64,000 nt of DNA from Armatimonadota bacterium (GCA_038207085.1 JBBRAE010000010.1:23661-87660), one strand, 5' to 3'. Counted from the first letter of the stretch, positions 27,890-37,339 are shown. Made by a program: numbers and translations. Notes: generated by a model from the letters alone, not told the origin.

Positions 27890-29374
27890 TTACGCCAGAA
27901 ATTTCCCCTTCAAATACTCCACAAACGGCCCCGCCTGAAGCTCTTTGCCTGTAATTTTCTTGATCAGCTCCGGCCCCTTGTAGCGCATGCCGTGGACGTG
28001 GACGTTTTCTCTCAGCCACGATAGAAGCGGGTCGAAGTCGCCGCGCTCGATCTGGCTGGAGAGGTTGGGGATCGCCCCCTGGATCGTCTCCATCATCATG
28101 GAGTTGTAGAGGTTCCCGAGCGCGTAGGTCGGGAAATAGCCGATCGCGCCGTCATACCAGTGCATATCCTGCATCACGCCGTCTTTGTAGTCGGTCGAGG
28201 ATACCCCGAGATATTTCTCATACATCGCGTTCCAAGCCTCGGGCAGATCCGCGACCTTTAGCTCGCCTGCAAGAAGCCGCTCTTCAAGAAGCATCCTGAT
28301 CACGACGTGCTGAGAGTAGGTAACCTCGTCGGCCTCTACTCGAACCAGGCTAGGCGTGACACGGTTAACCTTCAGCCAGAGGGCGTCGGGGTCGGCAAGC
28401 TCGCTTCCGGGGAAGAACTCAGCGATCACGGGCGCGAGGTACTCGCAGAACTCGCGACTTCGCCCGACCAGGTTTTCCCAAAGCCGGGACTGTGACTCAT
28501 GAATGCCGAGCGACACCGCGCTTCCCATCGGAGTCCCTGCCCACTTCACCGGCAGCCCGAGTTCATAGAGCGCGTGCCCGGTCTCATGGATCACTCCGTA
28601 GAGCGACGGCAGCGGATTGTTCGCCTCATATCGCGTGGTAATCCTGAAGTCGCGCGGCCCAAGCGAGGTCATAAACGGGTGCGGCGCGGTGTCGAGCCTG
28701 CCCGAATCAAAGCTGAAGCCCAAATCAAAAGAGACTTTTTGATCAAGCTCATACTGTGCTTTGGGGGCATACTCACCGTTTGGCTCTTCGACTCCGGCGA
28801 ACCTGTCGGTGATCGCGGGGATAATCTCCCGCAGCCGCTCCCCGAGGTCCAAGAGCAGCGGCTTGACGGTCGAAGTCTTCGCGCCGGGCTCGTAGATATC
28901 GAGCAGCGCGTCGTAGGGGTTCTCTTCGTAGCCGACATACTCCGCGCGCCGCCTGGAGAGCTCGACCAGCTTCTCAAGATACGGTTTCACCGCCGCCCAG
29001 TCGTTTTCGGGACGAGCCTTGGCCCACACGCTAAACGATAGCGCGCTTGTCTCGGCCAACTCTGCCACGAACTCAGCGGGGAGTTTGCGCTCGCGGTCGA
29101 GTTCGCGCTTCATCTCTCGGACGTTTACGAGGTCGTCCGGTGAGAGGCTTTCGAGGTTGGCTGCGAGTTCGTCGACTGCTTTTAGAAACGCAGTGTCGGT
29201 CGCTCGTGCGTGTGAGGTGGTCGCAATATACTCAAGCTGGGTTGCGCGAGCCTGAGCTGCCTGGGTGGGCATATAAGTCTGCTGGTCCCAACCCAAGAGC
29301 GCCCCGATGCAGCCGAGGCGGTAAAGTTCGGAAAGCCTATCATAAAACAACTTCAGGTCGTTCTGATTGTCCAT
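27890..29374 (-). CDS. Carboxypeptidase M32 (Taq type)
   Basis: HPF, HETGH, HESQS, VRVEADE and GYFPTY motifs. Confidence 0.96.
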   Translation of the reverse strand: MDNQNDLKLFYDRLSELYRLGCIGALLGWDQQTYMPTQAAQARATQLEYIATTSHARATDTAFLKAVDELAANLESLSPDDLVNVREMKRELDRERKLPAEFVAELAETSALSFSVWAKARPENDWAAVKPYLEKLVELSRRRAEYVGYEENPYDALLDIYEPGAKTSTVKPLLLDLGERLREIIPAITDRFAGVEEPNGEYAPKAQYELDQKVSFDLGFSFDSGRLDTAPHPFMTSLGPRDFRITTRYEANNPLPSLYGVIHETGHALYELGLPVKWAGTPMGSAVSLGIHESQSRLWENLVGRSREFCEYLAPVIAEFFPGSELADPDALWLKVNRVTPSLVRVEADEVTYSQHVVIRMLLEERLLAGELKVADLPEAWNAMYEKYLGVSSTDYKDGVMQDMHWYDGAIGYFPTYALGNLYNSMMMETIQGAIPNLSSQIERGDFDPLLSWLRENVHVHGMRYKGPELIKKITGKELQAGPFVEYLKGKFLA

Positions 29375-29450
29375 TTGCTCCTCCGGAAATATCTCTGTAA
29401 GGAAGCCTGCAAGCGGCCCCGTGCATTGTATTCCCTGAAGAGGACCGGAG

Positions 29451-29651
29451 TCAACCAGAAAATCCGCAGAGTTCGTTCTTCTCGACAGATTCGTCGGTTA
29501 TTCCCTCAAAATGAAGCTGATAAGCGTTCGTCGCGTCGGCGATGGCCTCTTCGTAAGTCTCCCCCTGCCCGACAACCATCGCGTCCCGCCCTTCAGCAAC
29601 CGCAACGCAGCCAGATTCGTCACACTCGATAGTGATCTTGAGTTGAGTCAT
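29451..29651 (-). CDS. Orphan HicB-like antitoxin-fold protein
   Basis: VGQGETYEEAIADATNA motif; ATG at 29651 with a GAGGGG SD. Confidence 0.7.
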   Translation of the reverse strand: MTQLKITIECDESGCVAVAEGRDAMVVGQGETYEEAIADATNAYQLHFEGITDESVEKNELCGFSG

Positions 29652-29858
29652 AGTGTTGTGTTCCCCTCTAGCCAAACAATACTGGTAATAATCACAGCCC
29701 CGAGAATCTTACTCCCCGGGGCTGCGTTTCGTCAAGTCGAACCAAACAGATGCTTTAGTCTAGCCATCTATCTTTGTCACAGATTCACTGCAATCACAAT
29801 CACGACAGGATGCAGGAAAATAATGTGTTAGTTGCGTGCAATAATGGGGAATTACTGA

Positions 29859-29887
29859 TTGACGAATGATATCGCCTGTGATATCAT
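29859..29887 (+). promoter_or_regulatory. sigma70 promoter with an overlapping palindromic operator; leaderless start
   Basis: TTGACG-N17-TATCAT; ATGATATC-N6-GATATCAT inverted repeat; ATG 6 nt after the -10. Confidence 0.75.
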
Positions 29888-29893
29888 CCATAC

Positions 29894-30208
29894 ATGGCTA
29901 AGGCTGAGGAAGTACTTCGAAAATGGAAGAGCTATTGTCCTCCAGAAGTTGACCTTGATGACTTCGAAAAGGTCATACGAGCTTACCTGGGCAATTGGCT
30001 CAGGGAGAAGACAGGCACTTCACATGTGTTCATTGTTGAGCACCCTGCCTTAGCATATGTTCCTGCATTCGGTGGCAACTGCACCTTGGCAGTGTCTTTG
30101 TAGTCCGGTCGAAGAGTCAAGGGCGTATACGTTGATCACATGCTAAAGGCTATTGAATGTATTGAACTATATGAAGACGTAATGAACAACAAAGGAGACC
30201 AGTCATGA
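29894..30208 (+). pseudogene. hicA: HicA-like toxin interrupted by an in-frame TAG (30101-30103)
   Basis: GTSH motif; the frame continues *SGRRVKGVYVDHMLKAIE... to a TGA overlapping the hicB ATG (ATGA). Confidence 0.8.
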
Positions 30209-30756
30209 AGCCCGGTACACTAGATTACTACATGACTCTGGATTACCCTGTAGAGATTCGTGCAATCCCTGATGAGCTAGGTGGCGGATACTCAGCGTCC
30301 ATTCCCTATTTGGGCAGATGGGCATTTTTCGCTGAAGGAGATACAGCGCAGGAAGCACTTGAGGCTCTGCAAGAGCTTAAGGTTACACTCTTTGAAGACA
30401 TGATCAGTAGAGGTAAGACCATTCCTCTGCCGCCACCTATTCCGGAGCAAGAGCTGGAGGAATATAGTGGCCGCATCCTCTTGAGGATACGCAAGGAATT
30501 GCACAAGGATGTTGCCCGCATGGCTGAGAAAGATGGTTGCAGCGTCAACCACTACATATCTGATATTCTCACCCAGCACGTAGGTGGCGCACAAGTAGCG
30601 GAGTTGTTCGCAAATAGAATCGCATCGACCTTTGCCGCCTCGTCGTTGGAGCAAGAACGCTTGAAGGGCAGTTATGAGCTAGACACGCAGGCCAAGCCGT
30701 CACTACAATTACTGTCGCGTCAGTATGATATGCGGACTTTTGATGCAGCTTCTTAG
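30205..30756 (+). CDS. hicB: HicB antitoxin (partial RNase H fold + RHH) with a C-terminal extension
   Basis: GGYSASIPYLG...AEGDTAQEALE; YSGRILLRIRKELH...SVNHYI; about 50 extra residues. Confidence 0.9.
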   Translation: MKPGTLDYYMTLDYPVEIRAIPDELGGGYSASIPYLGRWAFFAEGDTAQEALEALQELKVTLFEDMISRGKTIPLPPPIPEQELEEYSGRILLRIRKELHKDVARMAEKDGCSVNHYISDILTQHVGGAQVAELFANRIASTFAASSLEQERLKGSYELDTQAKPSLQLLSRQYDMRTFDAAS

Positions 30757-30770
30757 CGCGACTTAAGGAT

Positions 30771-31232
30771 TTGATGATGAACCAAACAGAATTCGATGCA
30801 AAACCAGCGATATCACCAGAAGAATACGGCAAGGTAATTCGAGGATTGGAGCTCCGAAGTATCTCCCTTCTGGAATGCGATGTCAAATCGGACCCCGAGA
30901 CTTCGAAGATTGCTTTTGCTGAACTTGGAAAAATACCCGTAGACACTAGTGAAAACGCTAGCTTCGCTGTCATTGACGGGACAGTAAATGTCACACACAG
31001 TTATTTGCTGCAATCCCGGTACAAACGAAAGAATATTCTCGCAGTTAAAGCAAATTACTTGCTGACTTTTGCCAGTAGTGAGGAGTTCAGCCCAGAGTTC
31101 TTTGAGGTTTTTCAGCAAATAGCCCTACCAATGTTTACTTGGCCATATTTTCGAGAGTTCGTAGCATCTATGACAGGGCGTATGGACCTACCAGAACTGC
31201 AATTAGGGCTAAAACACCAGCCTCATTTCTGA
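30771..31232 (+). CDS. SecB-like chaperone
   Basis: 153 aa; C-terminal motif PMFTWPYFREFVASMTGRMDLPELQL. Confidence 0.8.
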   Translation: MMMNQTEFDAKPAISPEEYGKVIRGLELRSISLLECDVKSDPETSKIAFAELGKIPVDTSENASFAVIDGTVNVTHSYLLQSRYKRKNILAVKANYLLTFASSEEFSPEFFEVFQQIALPMFTWPYFREFVASMTGRMDLPELQLGLKHQPHF

Positions 31233-31252
31233 CGACTTTCAAGTATATATCT

Positions 31253-31289
31253 AGCAAGAAGCCCCAGATTACCTCTGGGGCTTCTTGCT
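31253..31289. terminator. Bidirectional terminator
   Basis: AGCAAGAAGCCCCAGA-TTACC-TCTGGGGCTTCTTGCT. Confidence 0.85.
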
Positions 31290-31297
31290 TCTGTGGG

Positions 31298-32725
31298 CTA
31301 GTTCTCTACCGGCAGTCCATTCTTCTCCCGAATATACCTGTCGATACCCTGTGCGGCGACCTTGCCTGCGCCCATCGCGGTGATGACGGTCGCGGCTCCG
31401 GTGACGGCGTCGCCTCCGGCGAAGAGGCCAGGTATGGAAGTCATTCCGGTCTCATCGTTGATGATAATCCCGCCCCACTTCTGCACCTGCAGCCCGTCGG
31501 TGGTGGAGCGAATGAGCGGGTTTGGGCTCTGGCCGATTGCGATGATCGCTGTGTCGAGCTCCATCACAAACTCGCTTCCAGGAACCGGGACCGGGCGGCG
31601 GCGACCCGAGTCGTCGGGCTCACCGAGCTCCATCCTCAGGCACTCCATGCCGATCAATTGGCCCTTTTCGTCGCCGATAAAGCGCGTGGGGTTGGTGAGG
31701 AGCTTAAACTCGACTCCCTCGTGCTCGGCGTTTTCGATCTCCTCTGCGCGAGCGGGCATCTCCGCGCGGCTGCGGCGGTAGACGATCGTCACGTTCTCAG
31801 CTCCCACTCGAAGCGCGGTGCGGGTGCAGTCCATAGCGGTGTTCCCAGCGCCGATGACTGCGACCTTCCTGGGCTTACGAAGCGGAGTCACATACTCGGG
31901 GAACCGATTCGCGCGCATCAGATTAATTCGGGTCAGCCATTCGTTCCCCGAAAGCACGCCGTTCAGGTTCTCACCGGCAAGCTTCATCATCTGAGGAGCG
32001 CCAGCGCCTGAGCCGACGAACACTGCGTCAAACCCCTGCGCAAGCATCTCCTGGATCGTCACGGTCTTGCCGATGACGACGTTTTTCACAATCTTCGCGC
32101 CAAGGCTCTTTACGTAGTCGATCTCCCTGTCCAGGATATCGCGCGGCAGGCGGAACTCGGGGATGCCGTAGCGCAGCACGCCGCCGGTGTGGTGCAGCGC
32201 CTCGAAAATCGTGACCGAGTAGCCCATCTTGGCGAGGTCACCGGCAACCGTAAGCCCGGCTGGGCCGGAACCTACTACCGCTACCGCGTATTTGTTAAGC
32301 GACGGGTCGGCAGGGCCTTCGACAGCGTCGAGTTTGCCCGCTGAGTTCAGCGCCTCGTAATCGGCGACGAACCGCTCGATGCGGCCGATCGCGACCGGCT
32401 CACCGGCTTTGCCAAGCACGCAGAGCTTCTCGCACTGCTCTTCCTGAGGGCAAACGCGCCCGCAGACCGCGGGAAGGCTGTTTGTCTTCTTCAGAGCCGA
32501 CGCGGCCTCCATGAACCTGCCCTCTGCGGCAAGCGTGACGAACTCGGGGATGTCCACCATCACAGGGCAGCCGAGCATGCAGGGCTTTTTCTTGCAGCCG
32601 AGGCAGCGCTTGGCTTCGTTTAGCGCCTGCTCTTCGGTGTATCCGAGCGCCACTTCGTAGAAATTCTTCACGCGCTCAGCGGCAGGCTGCTGAGGCATAT
32701 CTTCGCGCGGTTTTATGTTTGCCAT
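31298..32725 (-). CDS. nfnB: NfnB/SudA-type large subunit (often annotated glutamate synthase gltA)
   Basis: EAKRCLGC...CGRVCPQEEQCE; GSGPAG; GAGNTAMD; GGDAVTGAATV. Confidence 0.9.
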   Translation of the reverse strand: MANIKPREDMPQQPAAERVKNFYEVALGYTEEQALNEAKRCLGCKKKPCMLGCPVMVDIPEFVTLAAEGRFMEAASALKKTNSLPAVCGRVCPQEEQCEKLCVLGKAGEPVAIGRIERFVADYEALNSAGKLDAVEGPADPSLNKYAVAVVGSGPAGLTVAGDLAKMGYSVTIFEALHHTGGVLRYGIPEFRLPRDILDREIDYVKSLGAKIVKNVVIGKTVTIQEMLAQGFDAVFVGSGAGAPQMMKLAGENLNGVLSGNEWLTRINLMRANRFPEYVTPLRKPRKVAVIGAGNTAMDCTRTALRVGAENVTIVYRRSRAEMPARAEEIENAEHEGVEFKLLTNPTRFIGDEKGQLIGMECLRMELGEPDDSGRRRPVPVPGSEFVMELDTAIIAIGQSPNPLIRSTTDGLQVQKWGGIIINDETGMTSIPGLFAGGDAVTGAATVITAMGAGKVAAQGIDRYIREKNGLPVEN

Positions 32726-32727
32726 TG

Positions 32728-33618
32728 TTACTTAGCCTCCTTCGCCAGCTGCGATTTTGACGTCGACTCCTCGGGCTGGTAGTAGACCTTGCGGAGCTTC
32801 AACTCTTCCCAGTCTACGAGGTGCGCGTCAAAGTCCGGGCCGTCTACACATGTGAACTTGGTCTGTCCGCCGACCGTCACACGGCAGCCGCCGCACATCC
32901 CCGTACCGTCGATCATGACCGGGTCAAGCGAGACGACAGTCTTTGTGCCGAAGGGCTTGGTGACCTCGGAGCAGACGCGCATCATCGGCATCGGGCCGAT
33001 CGCGTAGACGATATCGACCTTGCGGCTCTCCAGAAGTTCCTTCAAGACGTCGGAGACGAACCCCTTGCGCCCGTGGGTGCCGTCGTCCGTCGTGACAAAT
33101 AGCTCGTCGGAGATATCTTTCATCTCGTCTTCAAGTATCAGGAGGTCCTTTGTGCGCGTGCCGAGGATGGTGATGACTTCGTTCCCCGCGTCCTTCAGCG
33201 CTTTTGTGATCGGGCGCAAAAACGCGATCCCTACCCCGCCGCCAACTGCGACAGCCGTTCCGAAGTTCTCGATCTCAGTCGGCAGCCCAAGCGGGCCGCA
33301 GACGTCCGGGACGCACTCGCCCTCATTGATCCGCGCAAGCTCCATCGTGCTTCGTCCGACGACCTGGACGATAATCGTGATCGTGCCACGCTCCTTGTCC
33401 GAGTCCGAAATAGTAAGCGGGATGCGCTCGCCACAGTCGCTTGGCCGCACCACAACAAACTGCCCGGCCTTTGCGCCGCGCGCGATCAAGGGGTTGTCGA
33501 GCTCAAAGAGAACGATGCTCTCGTTTAGCTGCACCTTACGGATCACACGGTTCGTCGCGCCGGCCTCGAGTATCTCCCGCAGGCTGCGCTCTTGTTTATC
33601 AAGCCTACAATCGTGCAC
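32728..33618 (-). CDS. nfnA: NfnA/SudB-type small subunit (FAD/NAD-binding, 2Fe-2S)
   Basis: ERIPLTI; GGGVG; MIDGTGMCGGCR...CVDGPDF; GTG start after GGAGG. Confidence 0.9.
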   Translation of the reverse strand: MHDCRLDKQERSLREILEAGATNRVIRKVQLNESIVLFELDNPLIARGAKAGQFVVVRPSDCGERIPLTISDSDKERGTITIIVQVVGRSTMELARINEGECVPDVCGPLGLPTEIENFGTAVAVGGGVGIAFLRPITKALKDAGNEVITILGTRTKDLLILEDEMKDISDELFVTTDDGTHGRKGFVSDVLKELLESRKVDIVYAIGPMPMMRVCSEVTKPFGTKTVVSLDPVMIDGTGMCGGCRVTVGGQTKFTCVDGPDFDAHLVDWEELKLRKVYYQPEESTSKSQLAKEAK

Positions 33619-33667
33619 AATTACCTCCCAAATTGGGGTTAGGGGCCGGGGGTTGGGGGGTTGGTAG

Positions 33668-33696
33668 ACGTTGGGCCGGATTTGCAATCCGGGCCC
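33668..33696 (+). repeat. REP-like palindrome flanked by heptamer repeats
   Basis: ACGTTGGGCCGGATTTGCAATCCGGGCCC, nearly identical to 50042-50070. Confidence 0.7.
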
Positions 33697-33725
33697 TTCC
33701 AGCCTCTAACCTCTATCCCCTGCCG

Positions 33726-34157
33726 TTAGATTTTCATCATTTTGCCGGTGGCGGAGGCTGCGACCTCGCCCGCCGGATCAGTCAGTTCGGCTGAGCAGGA
33801 GATTATCCTGCGCTCTTCAGAAAGAATACGTCCGGTGATGGTGAGTTCCACGCCTGTTTTCGCCGGTTTCTTGTATCTCACGGACATCTCTACGGTCATT
33901 GCCCGGTGGCCTTCGGCCCATACAAACCGCGCCATCGCCTCATCGAGGAGCGTTGCGACGATCCCACCGTGGGTTATCCCGAAGTAGCCCTGGTGCTCGC
34001 GCTTCGGAGTAAATTTTGCAAGATGCACGCCATCGACTGTTTCCCATTTCAGTTTCAAGCCGATCGGGTTATCGACCCCGCATGCAAAGCACCATTCGTC
34101 GGAAACAAGCTCAAGCTCGGGCAAAATAGTCACAGACCTCCACAAAACCGGTTGCAA
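33726..34157 (-). CDS. PaaI-family thioesterase (start may be about 30 nt downstream)
   Basis: CFACGVDNPIGLKL; HGGIVATLLDEAM. Confidence 0.9.
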   Translation of the reverse strand: MQPVLWRSVTILPELELVSDEWCFACGVDNPIGLKLKWETVDGVHLAKFTPKREHQGYFGITHGGIVATLLDEAMARFVWAEGHRAMTVEMSVRYKKPAKTGVELTITGRILSEERRIISCSAELTDPAGEVAASATGKMMKI

Positions 34158-34307
34158 ACATAGTTACGTTATCCTTGTTCTATTATATCAGGGAAACAAC
34201 TGGCCCGACAATGCTGCTGAAACGTTTGCATCAGGCCATTTCCAGAAACGCGGCCGCCCGTAGTGTGGTATTATATCTGGCGAAACACATTATATGGAGA
34301 GTCACTG

Positions 34308-35636
34308 TTGAAACAGCTTATTATAATCGGCGGAGGTCTCGCAGGCTGCGAGGCCGCGTGGCATGCGGCGGAACTCGGGATCGACGTCACCCTCTACGAA
34401 ATGCGACCCGAAAAGATGACCCCCGCGCACGAGTCCGGCAGGCTTGCGGAGCTTGTCTGCAGCAACTCGCTCAAGAGCGAAGGGACGACCGGGCACGGCC
34501 TGTTGAAAGAAGAGATGCGGCGGCTGGGCTCGCTCATAATCGAGTGCGCGGAGGCGACTCGCGTTCCGGCGGGTCAGGCGCTTGCGGTCGACCGAACGCG
34601 CTTCGGCGACCTCGTCACCGAGCGCATCGAGCATCACCCCAGGATCACGCTCCGGCGGGAAGAGCTAACTGCGATCCCGACCGGTCGCCCAGTAATCGTC
34701 GCAAGCGGCCCGCTTACATCAGACGCGCTTGCCCTGGACATCGCCCGGGTCACCGGAGCTGAGCACCTGCACTTCTTTGACGCGATCGCCCCCTCGGTCG
34801 AGACAAGCTCTATCGACCGCACCAAGTGCTTCGACGCCAGCCGCTACGACAAGGGCGAAGGCTACATCAACTGCCCATTTGACCTGAAAGAAGACTATTT
34901 CGCCTTCAGAGAAGCGCTCGCAAACGCCGAAAAGGCCCCCGTGGCCGAGTTCGAAAAGGGCTCCAAGTTCTTTGAAGGGTGCCTGCCCGTTGAAGAACTA
35001 GCCGTGCGCGGGCCAAAGACGCTCGCATTCGGCCCGATGAAGCCAGTAGGCCTGGTCGACCCCGCCACCGGCCGCCGTCCCTACGCAAACGTGCAGCTCC
35101 GACAGGAAAACGACGAGGCGACGGTCTACGGCCTCGTGGGCTTCCAGACGCGCCTGAAGTGGCCCGAGCAAAAGCGAGTATTTTCGATGATCCCCGGCCT
35201 TGAGAACGCCAAGTTCGTGCGCTACGGCCAGATGCACCGCAACACGTTCATCGACTCCCCGCGCCTGCTCGACGCGACGCTCCAGCTTCGCACAGACCCC
35301 GAACTCTTCTTCGCCGGACAGATAGTCGGCGTCGAGGGCTATATGGAAAGCGCCGCGTCAGGCATAATCGCCGGAATCAACGCCGCGCGGCTGATCCGGG
35401 GCGAGACCCCAATCACGATGCCCCGCGAGACAATGACAGGGTCGCTCCTAAACTACATTGCCACCTGCGAGCTCAAGCGCTTCCAGCCAATGAACTCCAA
35501 CTACGGCATCCTCCCGCCGCTTGATGAGAAAATCAGGGATGACAAGGCGCGCAAAGAGAAGATGTATCAGAGGGCGATAGAGGCAGTGGAGCGCACGTTT
35601 CGAGAGCCTCAGCAGGGCTCAGGGTGGCGGTTTTAG
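34308..35636 (+). CDS. trmFO: Folate/FAD-dependent tRNA (uracil-5)-methyltransferase
   Basis: GGGLAGCEAAW; AELVCSNS; FGPMKPVGL; GQIVGVEGYMES; FQPMN; TTG start. Confidence 0.97.
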   Translation: MKQLIIIGGGLAGCEAAWHAAELGIDVTLYEMRPEKMTPAHESGRLAELVCSNSLKSEGTTGHGLLKEEMRRLGSLIIECAEATRVPAGQALAVDRTRFGDLVTERIEHHPRITLRREELTAIPTGRPVIVASGPLTSDALALDIARVTGAEHLHFFDAIAPSVETSSIDRTKCFDASRYDKGEGYINCPFDLKEDYFAFREALANAEKAPVAEFEKGSKFFEGCLPVEELAVRGPKTLAFGPMKPVGLVDPATGRRPYANVQLRQENDEATVYGLVGFQTRLKWPEQKRVFSMIPGLENAKFVRYGQMHRNTFIDSPRLLDATLQLRTDPELFFAGQIVGVEGYMESAASGIIAGINAARLIRGETPITMPRETMTGSLLNYIATCELKRFQPMNSNYGILPPLDEKIRDDKARKEKMYQRAIEAVERTFREPQQGSGWRF

Positions 35637-35740
35637 CATGTCAGGGGGATGCACAATCTTCTCACACATCCACCCAAGCCCAACCCCTCACCCTGAGGCT
35701 CTCGAAGGGTGCGCTCCTCCAACTTCAGGGCGTACTACAG
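35586..35740. repeat. REPIN-like dispersed element, copy 2 (overlaps the trmFO 3' end)
   Basis: Shares an exact 26-bp block and other blocks with the reverse complement of 21552-21706. Confidence 0.8.
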
Positions 35741-35794
35741 CAAATGGGAGCTATGAGCAGGAACACCTACTCATAGCTCATCAACTTCCGACTC

Positions 35795-37339
35795 TTAGGC
35801 TTCCTCAGCCGGAGCATCCCCAAATGCCCGCTCGATGATCTCTTTTGAGGGCGGGGTAGTGAAGAGGCTCACTACAGGAACGACGATCACCGGCACTATC
35901 ATCGCAACAGCGCCAGCGATTGGAATTGCCGGGTTGCCGGGGGCTTTGAATATCTCGCAGATCGCGATCATCGTTGCAAGCCCAGAGAACATTCCCGCAA
36001 TCGCTCCGGCTTTGGTCGTTCTCTTCCAGAATAGGCCGAAGCAGTAAGGCGCAAGGAACGCGCCTGCAAGAGCGCCCCAGGAGAGCGCCATCAGGTTTAC
36101 GATAAAGTCGATTTGCCTGAGCGCGATGAAGAGTGAAATCCCCACAAACACCGCGCAGAGCACCCGCATCAGGGTCATCACCGAGCTCTTGCTAGCGTTC
36201 TTCTTGAACCCACCGTAGAGGTCTACCGCGATAGATGAACTCGACACCAGAACAAGGGACGACAGGCTCGACATCGAAGCCGAGAACACGAGCAGCATAA
36301 TCACCATCGCAACCCAGGAAGGGATGAGACTCGGGTCGGTCAGAAAGTCAGGCATTAACCAGTCGAGCGCCTGGTGCGGGGTCTTCACACCTTGAGCAGC
36401 ATATTTGTGCATAAGCATCACAGGAGCGTTTGCGGGATAGAACAGGTGAGTGATCGCCCCGGTGAAGTAGGCTCCAAAAGAAATAAACACGGCAAAAACC
36501 GATGCGACGACCATCGCCCGCTTGATATCAGCCTCACTCTTGATCGAGTAGAACTTCTGCACCATCTGAGGAAGCCCCCACGGGCCAAAGCTCGTCAGGA
36601 CCACAAGCGAGGCAAGCGTGAGCCACCCCGGAAACATCGGAGCCGGAGCGCCGGGTTTGGGATGAAGCGCAGGAGACGCAGAGGGCAAAGCAAGCGCCTG
36701 AGTGACCGAGTGGAACCCGCCCGCGATTTTCACGAGGAAAACCACCATTACGATAACGCCGATAAGCTCGATGATACCACGCACAAAGTCGGTCACAGCG
36801 AGCGCTCGGTAGCCTCCGGCGACGAGATACACGCCGGTAAACAGCGCCATACACGCAACAGCCAAGCCATAGGACTCGATACCCAGCGTCGACTTAAACA
36901 GCAGCGCAAGCCCCTGATAGACCGATGCGCTGTAGGGCACTAGAAAGACAAAGATAATCAGCGCGGAGGCGATCTTGAGGAATTTGCAGTCAAAGCGTGC
37001 GGACAAAAACTCCGGCATCGTAAGCGCGTTTAGTTTCGCAGTCATAACGCGCGTGCGTCCGGCAAAAATGTACCACGCGAGGAAGCTTCCGAAGATCACG
37101 TTTCCGGCAGCGATCAGAAGCGACCACGGGCCAAACCCCCACCCCAGTCGTCCCGCGTAGCCGACGAAGATGACCGCCGAGAAATAGGTCGTCCCGTATG
37201 CAAACGCCGACATCCACGGGCCAAGGCTCCTGCCCGCAAGGAAGAAATCGCTTATGGTCTTGTTGCGCCGCATACAGGCGAAACCGATCCCAAGCATCAC
37301 TAACACATAGGTGATGACTATGGCAAACTTGATATGCAT
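35795..37339 (-). CDS. Sodium:solute symporter family protein
   Basis: FFLAGRSLGPWMSAFAYGTTYFSA; about 13 TM segments. Confidence 0.93.
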   Translation of the reverse strand: MHIKFAIVITYVLVMLGIGFACMRRNKTISDFFLAGRSLGPWMSAFAYGTTYFSAVIFVGYAGRLGWGFGPWSLLIAAGNVIFGSFLAWYIFAGRTRVMTAKLNALTMPEFLSARFDCKFLKIASALIIFVFLVPYSASVYQGLALLFKSTLGIESYGLAVACMALFTGVYLVAGGYRALAVTDFVRGIIELIGVIVMVVFLVKIAGGFHSVTQALALPSASPALHPKPGAPAPMFPGWLTLASLVVLTSFGPWGLPQMVQKFYSIKSEADIKRAMVVASVFAVFISFGAYFTGAITHLFYPANAPVMLMHKYAAQGVKTPHQALDWLMPDFLTDPSLIPSWVAMVIMLLVFSASMSSLSSLVLVSSSSIAVDLYGGFKKNASKSSVMTLMRVLCAVFVGISLFIALRQIDFIVNLMALSWGALAGAFLAPYCFGLFWKRTTKAGAIAGMFSGLATMIAICEIFKAPGNPAIPIAGAVAMIVPVIVVPVVSLFTTPPSKEIIERAFGDAPAEEA

